Positions 30,046-38,921 of a stretch of 64,000 nucleotides of DNA are shown here, in pieces. This DNA is from a virus (lineage: Duplodnaviria > Heunggongvirae > Uroviricota > Caudoviricetes), in IMG/VR virus record IMGVR_UViG_2703718822_000010. One strand, written 5' to 3'. The position numbers and the translations under genes are program-made. The stretch's first letter is position 1; each line of letters opens with the position of its first letter. Under the pieces are notes generated by a model. That model was not told the DNA's origin. It did not search any database and saw only the letters and a program-made list of their open reading frames with translations.

Positions 30046-30475
30046 TATTGCTGTCGTCTGGGATCAGGGTTGTGGTTCCCTGCAACTGAACGGCGCAGAT
30101 CTTCTGACGGATAACAGCCTGCTGACTGCGGTCATTATTTCACTGTTTACGGACAGGCGGGCGCTGGATTCCGATGAAATCCCTGACGGCACCCGTGACC
30201 GTCGGGGATGGTGGGGAGACAGTTTCCGGGAGCGCCCCATTGGCTCCCGTCTCTGGCTGTTAAGCCGTGAAAAGACGCTGTCCTCCGTGGTCAGCCGTGC
30301 ACAGGCCTATGCTGATGAAGCGCTGGCGTGGCTGCATAAAAGCGGTGCTGCCACATCCGTGGTATGTCATGCCATGCGTGTGGGGCATGATCGCCTTTCG
30401 CTTTCCGTGAAAATCACCCTGCCGGACGGAAGCAGACATCCGATGATTTTTTATGCTGATATGAAGGGGGAATGA
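30038..30475 (+). CDS. Baseplate protein (Mu gp46-like)
   Basis: Start at internal ATG (MADIAVVWDQ) of track ORF 29825..30475. Confidence 0.6.
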   Translation: MADIAVVWDQGCGSLQLNGADLLTDNSLLTAVIISLFTDRRALDSDEIPDGTRDRRGWWGDSFRERPIGSRLWLLSREKTLSSVVSRAQAYADEALAWLHKSGAATSVVCHAMRVGHDRLSLSVKITLPDGSRHPMIFYADMKGE

Positions 30476-31557
30476 TGCCTTATCAGCCCTTACCACTGGC
30501 GCAACTGATCACACAGACACAACAGGATATCAGCCAGCGCCTGCCCGGTTCGCAGCCGGGCGTGAATGAAACCACCCTGAATGCCATTGCGTATGCACTG
30601 GCGGGTCTGTCAGCACAGGAGCATGAACATCTGGCCTGGATCTCCCGGCAGATAATTCCGACAGAAGCTGATGAAGCCGAACTCCTGAAACACTGCGCAT
30701 TCTGGGGTGTCATCCGTAAACCGGCTTCCCGCGCTGACGGACCGGTACAACTGATGCTGACCACGGATGCAGGGATCACGGAAGGCGTACTCCTTCAGCG
30801 AAGCGATGGTGTTGTGTACCGCATCACCGGCTCTGCGACCGGAAAAGCCGGAACACTGAATGTTAATGTGGAGGCGGAAAGTGCGGGGCGCGCCGGAAAT
30901 ACCCCGACCGGAACCCGCCTGTCCTTTATCACGCCACAGGCGGGCATCAACCAGACAGCCACGGTTACCGGCACGGGACTCACCGGTGGTGCGGATGTGG
31001 AAACGGTGCCGGAGTTGCTGTCCAGGCTGGTATTCCGGGTACAGAACCCGCCATCAGGGGGAACACAGTATGATTTTGAACGCTGGGCACGGGAAGTACC
31101 GGGCGTGACGCGGGCATGGTGTAAGCCTGAATGGCCTGAGGCGGGTAGTGTTGGTGTGACTTTTGTTCAGGATAATAACCCTGACATTTTCCCCGGAGAA
31201 GGTGATGTGAAGCGGGTGGCGGATTATATCCGCAGTCATGATGATCCGGCGACGGGCCAGCCCGTTGGTCAGCCACTTGGGCCGACAATCAGCGTGTTTA
31301 AGCTGACCAATAAGCCGGTGGCGTTTGAGATCAGGATTGTACCCAAAACGCCGGAAAATCAGGCTGCCGTAAAACAGGCATTAACGGACCTGCTTTATAA
31401 CGAATCGCGGCCGGGTGGACTTGTATTGCCTTCATCATTCTGGCGGGCTGTTGCAGGGGTGAAAGGACTGGAGGATTTTGAAGTTCGCAGTCCGCTGAAG
31501 TCCGTGATGGCCGGAGATACAGAGTTGCTGACCGTGGGGGAAATCACATGGCTGTAA
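30472..31557 (+). CDS. Baseplate J-like wedge protein (Mu gp47-like)
   Basis: 361 aa; synteny. Confidence 0.65.
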   Translation: MMPYQPLPLAQLITQTQQDISQRLPGSQPGVNETTLNAIAYALAGLSAQEHEHLAWISRQIIPTEADEAELLKHCAFWGVIRKPASRADGPVQLMLTTDAGITEGVLLQRSDGVVYRITGSATGKAGTLNVNVEAESAGRAGNTPTGTRLSFITPQAGINQTATVTGTGLTGGADVETVPELLSRLVFRVQNPPSGGTQYDFERWAREVPGVTRAWCKPEWPEAGSVGVTFVQDNNPDIFPGEGDVKRVADYIRSHDDPATGQPVGQPLGPTISVFKLTNKPVAFEIRIVPKTPENQAAVKQALTDLLYNESRPGGLVLPSSFWRAVAGVKGLEDFEVRSPLKSVMAGDTELLTVGEITWL

Positions 31558-32108
31558 CCCTGACCCCGCATCAGCGCGCCCTGTTGCAGTTGCTGCCTGA
31601 CGGGCTGGCATGGGATAAGCGGCCGTCATCCGTTCTTGCGGCTTTGTGCCTGGGCCTCAGTCATTCCACGGAGCGTGTTTCCTGGACCGGTAACCAGATG
31701 CTGGCAGAACGTTTTCCTGATTCATCCCGTCTGCTGCTGGAAGACTGGGAGCGTTATCTGGGGTTACCGGAATGTGATATGACCGGCGCAACCATTCAGG
31801 AACGTCAGCGTTATGCAGGGAATAAATACCGGATGAAACCCTCTCTTAACCGTGAATTTTATATCCGGTTTGCGGCAGAGTTTGGTTATGAAATAGATAT
31901 TCAGCCATCACCGGATTCACAGTGGGTCAGTATTGTCACGATAAACAGTGAAACCGGCTACCGGAATATGAATGTGCTGGATGATATTCTCACCCCGCTG
32001 CGTATTTATGAGGGTGGTGCGCTGGAATGTATTCTGAACCGTTATAAGCCTGCATGGCAGACGTTTATTTACGTGTATGCAAACAGTCACAAAGAGGAGA
32101 ATATTTAA
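31548..32108 (+). CDS. Tail protein (Mu gp48-like)
   Basis: 186 aa upstream of the tail fibre. Confidence 0.6.
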   Translation: MAVTLTPHQRALLQLLPDGLAWDKRPSSVLAALCLGLSHSTERVSWTGNQMLAERFPDSSRLLLEDWERYLGLPECDMTGATIQERQRYAGNKYRMKPSLNREFYIRFAAEFGYEIDIQPSPDSQWVSIVTINSETGYRNMNVLDDILTPLRIYEGGALECILNRYKPAWQTFIYVYANSHKEENI

Positions 32109-33019
32109 TGTTCCATGTTGATAATAATTCCGGCGTGGCGAATATGCCTGAACTGGCTCCGGCGCAGAGTAATACCACCACCTGGTTTACCGAAGGTGAC
32201 GGACAAAAAGGTATCAGCTGGATTGGTCAGGACTGGCTGAATATTCTCCAGGCCGAACTGCTGAATATTCTGGCTGAAGCCAGTATTCAGCCGGATAAGG
32301 CGCAGTTAAACCAGCTTACGCTGTCCATTAAAGCCATTATCGCTGCGAATGCCTTTTCCCGGAAAAACAACCTGAAAGAAATTGCTGATGCCGGTGCGGA
32401 AGCCCAGCGTCTGGCCCGTGGTTATCTTGGTCTGGGGACGCTTGCCACAAAAAACAGTCTTGGTCCCGCTGACGTTAATGCCCTGGCGAAGGATCAGAAC
32501 CTTGCCGACCTGGAGAATGCGGAAACCGCCCGTAATAATCTGGATGTTTACAGCAGGAGCGAAGGTGATAACCGTTACCTGCGCAGGGACCAGAATGGCG
32601 CGGATATCCAGGACAAAGGAACCTTTATCGATAACCTCGGTTTACGGGAAACGGTAAATAAGGCTGCTGATGCCCTGCCATCGGCTGGAACCGCCGTGGC
32701 AGCAAACAGACTCGCCACCCCAAGAAATATTAATGGTGTTCCTTTTGACGGAACGCTGGATATCAACATCACGTCAGGAATGACGCAGTCAACCGCAGAT
32801 GGCCGGTATGTACAGAATGTTCAGCTTGGAGCACAGAGCTATCATTCACCCGGAGGCAATGAAATGTCATGGAATTACAGCGCACCTTCCGGTTGTATGC
32901 TTTCCGGTATTAACGTGCAGGAAACCGGCTCCCGGTCTGCGGACAATATCGGTGGGGTCTATTATCGCCCGGTTCAGATTTATATTCATAATACCTGGAG
33001 AACGGTAAGTTCAGTGTAA
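32108..33019 (+). CDS. Tail fibre protein S (constant part plus currently expressed variable C-terminus Sv)
   Basis: Start at ATG 32108; C-terminal 123 aa lie inside the invertible segment. Confidence 0.75.
   Translation: MFHVDNNSGVANMPELAPAQSNTTTWFTEGDGQKGISWIGQDWLNILQAELLNILAEASIQPDKAQLNQLTLSIKAIIAANAFSRKNNLKEIADAGAEAQRLARGYLGLGTLATKNSLGPADVNALAKDQNLADLENAETARNNLDVYSRSEGDNRYLRRDQNGADIQDKGTFIDNLGLRETVNKAADALPSAGTAVAANRLATPRNINGVPFDGTLDINITSGMTQSTADGRYVQNVQLGAQSYHSPGGNEMSWNYSAPSGCMLSGINVQETGSRSADNIGGVYYRPVQIYIHNTWRTVSSV
32625..32650. other. gix-like recombination site (left)
   Basis: TTATCGATAACCTCGGTTTACGGGAA inside the S gene; core AACCTCGGTTTAC resembles the Gin/Hin-family crossover site. 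Confidence 0.7.
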
Positions 33020-33026
33020 ACCACAG

Positions 33027-33049
33027 AAAAGGGTGCTGAATGCACCCTC
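33027..33049. terminator. Hairpin between Sv and U' (bidirectional terminator candidate)
   Basis: AGGGTGC-TGAAT-GCACCCT stem-loop; T-rich tract follows on the minus strand. Confidence 0.45.
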
Positions 33050-33053
33050 TGAA

Positions 33054-33575
33054 TTATTCCGGTTTTTCCGGCCAGGGAATCGCCTGGTAATGCCCCTCAC
33101 TGGCAATATCATTAAAGTGCATTTCTTTAAGCTGTCGGATATACGCCATCCAGCGCGTCAGCTGTAATTTATTTTCATCGCTAATCATGTCCAGTTTTAA
33201 TTCTGTTTTCCAGTCATCCACGGTTTCGTTGGCTTCCTGGAGCAGCGATGAGCGACGCTTTTCAGCAACCGTCTTCCAGTTTACCGGCACCTTTGATATC
33301 AGGCCATCAGAAAACTGCCAGTTACCGTCAATATTCACACCTTCCGGCAGTTCGTCCACTTCAACAACAGTAAAACCTGCCGGATATAAAGCAGAGACAT
33401 CTTCAGCAACAGAGCAGATAATACCCGTTACAGGCGAAATACAGAGTTTGTATTTCTTTGTAAAAAGCGGGATAGATTCATAAAAATCCCTTCCGTCCTC
33501 ACTCTGGAAATACTGAACATCCTCACCATAGGGTTTGTCTTTCGGGTAATATCGTTTGACATTAATCAGTTGCAT
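33054..33575 (-). CDS. Tail fibre assembly protein U' (for the alternative fibre)
   Basis: N-terminal YFQSEDGRDFYE motif typical of Tfa proteins; start at internal Met of track ORF 33054..33626. Confidence 0.7.
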   Translation of the reverse strand: MQLINVKRYYPKDKPYGEDVQYFQSEDGRDFYESIPLFTKKYKLCISPVTGIICSVAEDVSALYPAGFTVVEVDELPEGVNIDGNWQFSDGLISKVPVNWKTVAEKRRSSLLQEANETVDDWKTELKLDMISDENKLQLTRWMAYIRQLKEMHFNDIASEGHYQAIPWPEKPE

Positions 33576-33696
33576 AAACATCACCATGTAAATCAATGAT
33601 AAAAACAGGAATAATACTATCGCCATATACAGGCAATGCTTGTCTGAAATAACGCATATTTCAGATGCTGGCTGCTGTGTGCTATGCCCCCGTTAA

Positions 33697-34068
33697 TTAA
33701 ATACTTGCAGCGGATACCCAATGCCCATTAATACAATATTGTATCTGTCTGTAATAAACACGGTCATCACCACCACGCATTTCCCAGTCTCCGTCAGTCT
33801 TAAAACCGGTAATCACATTTCCTGATGACAGGGAGTAATTATATTCCAGTCCGCCGCTTAATGCCTGCGCTCCCAGTCTTACCCCTGTAACATAACGCTG
33901 ATTGGCCGTTGATTCCGGCATTCCTGACGTAATGTTTATATCCTGCGTGCCGTCAAAGGCGACACCATTGATTCTGCGGGCATTTGCCAGCCTGCTTGCT
34001 GCAACAGCCGTACCGTTTGATGGCAGGGCATTCGCGGCCCTGTTTACCGTATCCCGTAAACCGAGGTT
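33697..34068 (-). CDS. Alternative tail fibre C-terminal segment Sv' (silent in this orientation)
   Basis: Minus-strand frame opens immediately inside the right gix-like site (NLGLRDTVN...) and ends RVYYRQIQYCINGHWVSAASI, parallel to the S C-terminus. Confidence 0.65.
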   Translation of the reverse strand, partial: NLGLRDTVNRAANALPSNGTAVAASRLANARRINGVAFDGTQDINITSGMPESTANQRYVTGVRLGAQALSGGLEYNYSLSSGNVITGFKTDGDWEMRGGDDRVYYRQIQYCINGHWVSAASI

Positions 34069-34076
34069 TCAGGGAT
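34051..34076. other. gix-like recombination site (right, inverted)
   Basis: Reverse complement ATCCCTGAAACCTCGGTTTACGGGAT shares the core with the left site. Confidence 0.7.
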
Positions 34077-34130
34077 GCCGTATATCTACTTTAAAAGGCT
34101 TTTCCACCTCTTTTTAAGGAAGGTAAATAC

Positions 34131-34691
34131 ATGCTGATTGGCTATATACGCGTATCAACAAATGACCAGAACACCGGTTTACAAAGAAATGCGCTGGAAT
34201 GTGCAGGATGTGAGCAGATTTTTGAAGACAAAATGAGTGGTAAAACGACACAGCGGCCGGGACTGAAGCGGGCACTGAAGAAACTAAAACCCGGTGACAC
34301 GCTGATGGTCTGGAAACTGGACAGGCTGGGGCGCAGTATGCGCCACCTTGTTGCGCTGACAGATGAATTACAGCAACAGGGGATAAATTTTCGTAGTCTT
34401 ACTGACAACATTGATACGTCAACCCCCATGGGGCGCTTCTTTTTTCACATAATGGGTGCGCTGGCAGAAATGGAGCGTGAATTAATTGTCGAACGGACAC
34501 GGGCTGGTCTTGCAGCTGCCCGTGAAAGGGGACGAACCGGCGGCAGACCCCGCCGTCTCACGCAGGAACAATACGAGCAGGTCGGGCGTTTACTGGCCGG
34601 GGGTGTCAGTCGAAGACAGGTGGCACTTATTTTTGATATCGGTCTTTCAACCCTTTATCGTTATTATCCTGCGAGCGTTTCGGAAAAATAA
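34131..34691 (+). CDS. gin: Gin/Hin/Cin-family serine DNA invertase
   Basis: 186 aa; N-terminal MLIGYIRVSTNDQ with catalytic Ser and C-terminal HTH. Confidence 0.9.
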   Translation: MLIGYIRVSTNDQNTGLQRNALECAGCEQIFEDKMSGKTTQRPGLKRALKKLKPGDTLMVWKLDRLGRSMRHLVALTDELQQQGINFRSLTDNIDTSTPMGRFFFHIMGALAEMERELIVERTRAGLAAARERGRTGGRPRRLTQEQYEQVGRLLAGGVSRRQVALIFDIGLSTLYRYYPASVSEK

Positions 34692-34790
34692 GACGCTCTC
34701 TTTGTTGGGCCTTTACTGAATTAACGCAAAATGGCGTTTATCGGTCTGTGGATATGATAATTCAGTTTATTCAGGAACAGGCTGATTATT

Positions 34791-36800
34791 ATGACGTCCA
34801 AATGGGTTCAACTATCATCAATGCCCGGAAACTTTACTGTTAAAGTTTCCGGTGGTACAGCGGCATTTCTTGAGGCTCCCTTTCCTCCGGCCGAAACAAA
34901 AGGAGGAATGACATTTGCTGACTGTCTCATCAGTTTTAATACACGGGATTGCCTGTGGGTAAGGCCAGTATCCGGTGATCCGAGTGTGGAAATTACCGGA
35001 GCGGGTATTGGTGCGGTCATTCCGTTAAGTGCTGATGTTGCCGGTACTGCTGAACCGTCAGACTGGGATAATGCTGAAACACATACCCGTCCGTCAGGAA
35101 ATGAAACTGCTTCCAGCTCCCCTTCCTGGTATTACGTGGTGGTTCTTGCTGGTCAGTCAAACGGTATGGCTTACGGTGAAGGTCTGCCACTGCCGGAGAC
35201 ATATGACCGCCCCGAACCGCGTATTATGCAGTTAGCCCGTCGCAGTACAGTCACGCCGGGAGGTAAAGCCTGTCAGTATAACGACATCATTCTGGCCGAC
35301 CACTGTCTGCATGATGTGCAGGATATGAGTGGAAAAAATCACCCGAAAGCGGATGTGGCTAAAGGGCAATATGGCACCGTGGGTCAGGGGCTTCACATTG
35401 CCAAAAAACTGCTGCCGTTTATTCCGGCAGATGCGGGGATTCTGCTGGTTCCCTGCTGCCGTGGTGGTTCTGCATTCACGGCGGGTGCTGACGGCACGTA
35501 CAGTGACAGCACGGGTGCTTCAGAGGACTCAGCCCGCTGGGGTGTGGATAAGCCGCTGTATAAGGACTTAATCAGCCGGACAAAAGCGGCACTGGCGAAG
35601 AACCCGAAAAACCGCCTGCTTGCTGTGGTGTGGATGCAGGGCGAGTTTGATATTGATGCGAAGCCGACGGAGCATTCTGCGCTGTTTCTGGCGATGGTGG
35701 AAAAATTCCGCGCAGACCTGGCTGAACAGGCGGAACAGTGTACCGGTGGCAGTGCTGCTGGCGTTCCGTGGATTTGTGGCGATACCACGTATTTCTGGAA
35801 ACAGAAAAATGAACCAGCATACCAGGCAATCTATGGCGGCTACAAAAACAAAACAGATAAAAACATTCATTTCGTTCCATTAATGACAGATGAAAATGGC
35901 GTGAATGTACCCACCAACAATCCGGCAGAAGACCCGGATATTGAATCCATTGGTTATTACGGCTCAACGTGGCGTAACAGTGCCGCTACCTGGACATCTG
36001 CGGACCGGGCCAGCCATTTCAGTGCCTGGGCGCGCCGGGGTATTATTTCTGACCGTCTGGCCACGGCTGTTCTGACTCATGCAGGGCGAACCACAGTAAA
36101 AGCCGATGTTCCATCTTCTGAAACTGAAGCAGTAACCACAACACTGCTGTCTTACCGTGTCAGTGAGTCAGAAGGAAATCTGAAAGCCCAGGGCTGGGAG
36201 CCGGCTGGCGGTAAAGCTGAAATTATCAGTGATGCAGGAGGCACAGGTGGTAAGGCAATGAAACTGACCAAGGAAACAGGTAAATCATCCTGGTATCTGG
36301 ATCATGATGCCGGTACTGGTGCTGAACTGCTGAAAAATGGTGGTTTAATCAGTTGTCGTTTTAAAGTACCTGGCGACCTGGTGGCAAACCAGTATGTCAT
36401 GGCGCTTTACTGGCCGGTTTCCTCTCTGCCGCAGGGTGTCACCCTGACAGGGGATGCAGGGAATAATCTGCTGGCATCGTTCTACATCCAGACAGACGCA
36501 AAAGACCTGAATGTGATGTACCACAATGCAAAAGTGGCAACAAATAACCAGAAACTGGGAACCTTTGGTGCATTTGATAATGAATGGCATACGCTGGCCT
36601 TCCGTTTTGCAGGAAATAACAGCCTTCAGGTTATTCCGGTTATTGATGGTCAGGATGGTGCCGCGTTTACCCTGACGCAGTCACCAGTAGGAACTTTCCC
36701 GGTGGACAAACTCCGCGTAACGGATATCACCAAAAATGCAACTTACCCGGTGCTGATTGACAGCATTGTGGTGGAAGTGAAAAAAGCGGTAACAGAATAA
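34791..36800 (+). CDS. NanS-p-like sialate O-acetylesterase (SGNH/SASA domain) with C-terminal beta-rich domain
   Basis: 669 aa; VVVLAGQSNGMAYGEG motif characteristic of the SASA esterase family. Confidence 0.55.
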   Translation: MTSKWVQLSSMPGNFTVKVSGGTAAFLEAPFPPAETKGGMTFADCLISFNTRDCLWVRPVSGDPSVEITGAGIGAVIPLSADVAGTAEPSDWDNAETHTRPSGNETASSSPSWYYVVVLAGQSNGMAYGEGLPLPETYDRPEPRIMQLARRSTVTPGGKACQYNDIILADHCLHDVQDMSGKNHPKADVAKGQYGTVGQGLHIAKKLLPFIPADAGILLVPCCRGGSAFTAGADGTYSDSTGASEDSARWGVDKPLYKDLISRTKAALAKNPKNRLLAVVWMQGEFDIDAKPTEHSALFLAMVEKFRADLAEQAEQCTGGSAAGVPWICGDTTYFWKQKNEPAYQAIYGGYKNKTDKNIHFVPLMTDENGVNVPTNNPAEDPDIESIGYYGSTWRNSAATWTSADRASHFSAWARRGIISDRLATAVLTHAGRTTVKADVPSSETEAVTTTLLSYRVSESEGNLKAQGWEPAGGKAEIISDAGGTGGKAMKLTKETGKSSWYLDHDAGTGAELLKNGGLISCRFKVPGDLVANQYVMALYWPVSSLPQGVTLTGDAGNNLLASFYIQTDAKDLNVMYHNAKVATNNQKLGTFGAFDNEWHTLAFRFAGNNSLQVIPVIDGQDGAAFTLTQSPVGTFPVDKLRVTDITKNATYPVLIDSIVVEVKKAVTE

Positions 36801-36946
36801 AAAAATCCCGCCGGTCATGATATGGCTGGCGGGAGCTACCTAACCCATAAAGGAAAATAAAAATACTCCCGAAGGAGTGGTTATCAGTCGCTTCGATGTT
36901 TTTACCCGATAACGAATTATGTAGTCAATATCAAAGGTAAGGTTAT

Positions 36947-37129
36947 ATGACATTCGTTCATACAATGCTGCTTTATTTCTGCGCTGTGGTCAGTGCGTTA
37001 TATCTGGTGAGCGGCGGTTATAAGGTCATCAGAAATTATATTCGCCGTAAAATTGATGATGCGGCAGCTGAAAAACTCAGTAAAACAGCACAGGCACCGT
37101 CATCCCCAAACGACCCGACCCCGCTCTGA
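36947..37129 (+). CDS. Small membrane protein
   Basis: 60 aa with an N-terminal hydrophobic helix. Confidence 0.35.
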   Translation: MTFVHTMLLYFCAVVSALYLVSGGYKVIRNYIRRKIDDAAAEKLSKTAQAPSSPNDPTPL

Positions 37130-37164
37130 TAACGGGGCAATATACCTGCAAAAGGAGAATATTC

Positions 37165-37410
37165 ATGCCAGAGATTAAAGGCACGGTTACTGAAGAGCTT
37201 GTCAAACAGGCACTTTATTCTGAAGAAGTGAACCGCGTGCTGAAGGCGCAGGTTCGCAAGGATTTTGAGGCACAAATCGACGCATATGTTGATGAAGTGC
37301 TGGCCCGAATGGTTGGCCGTTCTCCGGCTGAAAACAGCACGGAAAATGATCCTCAACCCGTAGAGCAACCAGAGCCGGTTCAGCCCGGAACTGACGGTAC
37401 TATGATGTAA
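37165..37410 (+). CDS. Hypothetical small acidic protein
   Basis: 81 aa with upstream AAGGAG Shine-Dalgarno. Confidence 0.4.
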   Translation: MPEIKGTVTEELVKQALYSEEVNRVLKAQVRKDFEAQIDAYVDEVLARMVGRSPAENSTENDPQPVEQPEPVQPGTDGTMM

Positions 37411-37418
37411 CAATACCG

Positions 37419-37450
37419 ACCGGCAGGTTTCCCTGCCGGGTGAGTTTGTT
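37419..37450 (+). terminator. Rho-independent terminator candidate
   Basis: CGGCAGG-TTTC-CCTGCCG hairpin followed by a T-rich tract. Confidence 0.4.
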
Positions 37451-37499
37451 AATGCACGTTTTGTGTATTTTCCCTCCTGGGAGAACAGGCAGGACATAT

Positions 37500-38029
37500 C
37501 AGCATCCTGAAACAGGAAGCATTTTTGGGTTTGTATGTCTTGCCATTTTGAGATCGAGAACGGCGATAGATGAGCTGTAAGGGAGTCTTACAGGCAGGGC
37601 AAACAGGCTCTTTCATCCATGATAAAGATCTCCTTTTTATGCATCTCTGCTTTACAGGAGACTGGGGAATATCATAGGATACGCCACGAGCTCGAAGTAA
37701 AGCATTGATGCAAAATTGTCTAAATCGGCCCAGAATAGTTCGCGCTATCTGGGTCGCTCTTTATGTATGTAGTATCCCATTGATTTGAAACATACTACAT
37801 ATACGCGCGATCCTACCTTCACTATATAAAAAGTCAATAAAATGATCATTTTATGATCGTTTTCACCACCTAACTCTTCGTTTTCTTTAAGTAAATAATC
37901 ACCTACCTGAATCATTGTTGATGACTTTTCAATCTATTTGTTGTATCAATTAAACAAATCGAATCGATCGTTTTTGTCGATCGATTGCATGAGAAAGGCA
38001 TCAACAACAAAGCAGGAGGTTATGCGGCC
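37500..38029 (+). promoter_or_regulatory. com-mom upstream regulatory region with GATC cluster and palindrome
   Basis: GATC sites near 37552, 37627, 37809, 37843, 37855, 37966 and 37979; perfect inverted repeat ATCGATCG-N7-CGATCGAT at 37962-37984. Confidence 0.45.
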
Positions 38030-38230
38030 ATGTATCGAAACATACGGTGCCGACACTGCAATAAGCTACTGGCACGGGCCAGTTTCAGTTATCTGGAAGT
38101 AAAATGTCCGCGCTGTAAAACCCTCAATCAAATCACATCTCCGAGCGCCACAGAGCACCCCACATACACAAGGAAATCCTGTCGTGGGGAACAGAAAGCA
38201 AGTCACATCCCGAATCATCAGCACGCCTGA
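38030..38230 (+). CDS. com: Com zinc-finger translational activator of mom
   Basis: [10 protein letters not shown]...KCPRCK matches Mu Com IRCKNCNKLL...RCPRCK as recalled; AGGAGG Shine-Dalgarno; overlaps the next gene. Confidence 0.8.
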   Translation: MYRNIRCRHCNKLLARASFSYLEVKCPRCKTLNQITSPSATEHPTYTRKSCRGEQKASHIPNHQHA

Positions 38231-38921
38231 ACTTATTCGCTATAACGACAATATCGTTGGTTATGGCTCCCGTGAGTTGCGGGTTGAGACAATAAGTTGC
38301 TGGCTGGCCAGACTGGTCATCGTCAATAAACATTACAGCCACCGTTTCGTAAATAACTCCTACCTTCATCTGGGCATATTTTCAGAACGGGAACTTGTTG
38401 GCGTAATGCAATGGGGTTACGCCCTTAACCCAAACAGTGGTGCACGCGTCGTAACGGGTACGCAGAACCGAGAATATATGGAGCTTAACCGGCTATGGCT
38501 GCATGACTGTATGCCGAGAAACTCCGAATCAAGGGCAATCAGTTACGCGCTCAAGCTAATCAGGCAGCTTTATCCGCAGGTACAGTGGGTTCAGTCGTTT
38601 GCAGATGAGCGTTGTGGCTGTCTTGGTGTCGTGTATCAGGCAAGCAATTTTGATTATGTAGGCAGCCATGAATCAATATTCTATGAACTTGATGGCGAGT
38701 GGTATCACGAGATTTGCAGGAATGCCATTAAACGAGGCGGACAACGAGGTGAACATCTGAGGGCTAATATTGACAGAGCCAATGTTCATAAGTTCCGACA
38801 GTTTCGTTACATCCGGTTTCTGAACAAGAGGGCCAAAAAACGCCTCAACACAAAGCAATTCAAAGTCCAGCCTTACCCAAAACCACAAACAGTTAAAACT
38901 GGTTTGAAAGAGAGTGAATGA
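38184..38921 (+). CDS. mom: Mom-like DNA modification protein
   Basis: 245-aa ORF with GTG start overlapping com, the arrangement of the Mu mom operon; identity inferred from context. Confidence 0.6.
   Translation: MGNRKQVTSRIISTPELIRYNDNIVGYGSRELRVETISCWLARLVIVNKHYSHRFVNNSYLHLGIFSERELVGVMQWGYALNPNSGARVVTGTQNREYMELNRLWLHDCMPRNSESRAISYALKLIRQLYPQVQWVQSFADERCGCLGVVYQASNFDYVGSHESIFYELDGEWYHEICRNAIKRGGQRGEHLRANIDRANVHKFRQFRYIRFLNKRAKKRLNTKQFKVQPYPKPQTVKTGLKESE

Larger units (their letters stand above)
32638..34063. other. G-like invertible segment (about 1.43 kb)
   Basis: Bounded by inverted gix-like sites; holds Sv (+), a tail-fibre assembly gene (-) and the alternative Sv' (-); adjacent gin. 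Confidence 0.7.

Noticed and set aside
34791-36800. Third alternative tail-fibre exon of a multi-site inversion system
   Set aside because: No gix-like core occurs at its 5' end, and the protein has an esterase motif rather than fibre character.
36801-36834. Terminator immediately after the esterase gene
   Set aside because: The hairpin is preceded, not followed, by the A/T run on the + strand, so it would terminate only minus-strand transcription, and no minus-strand gene is nearby.
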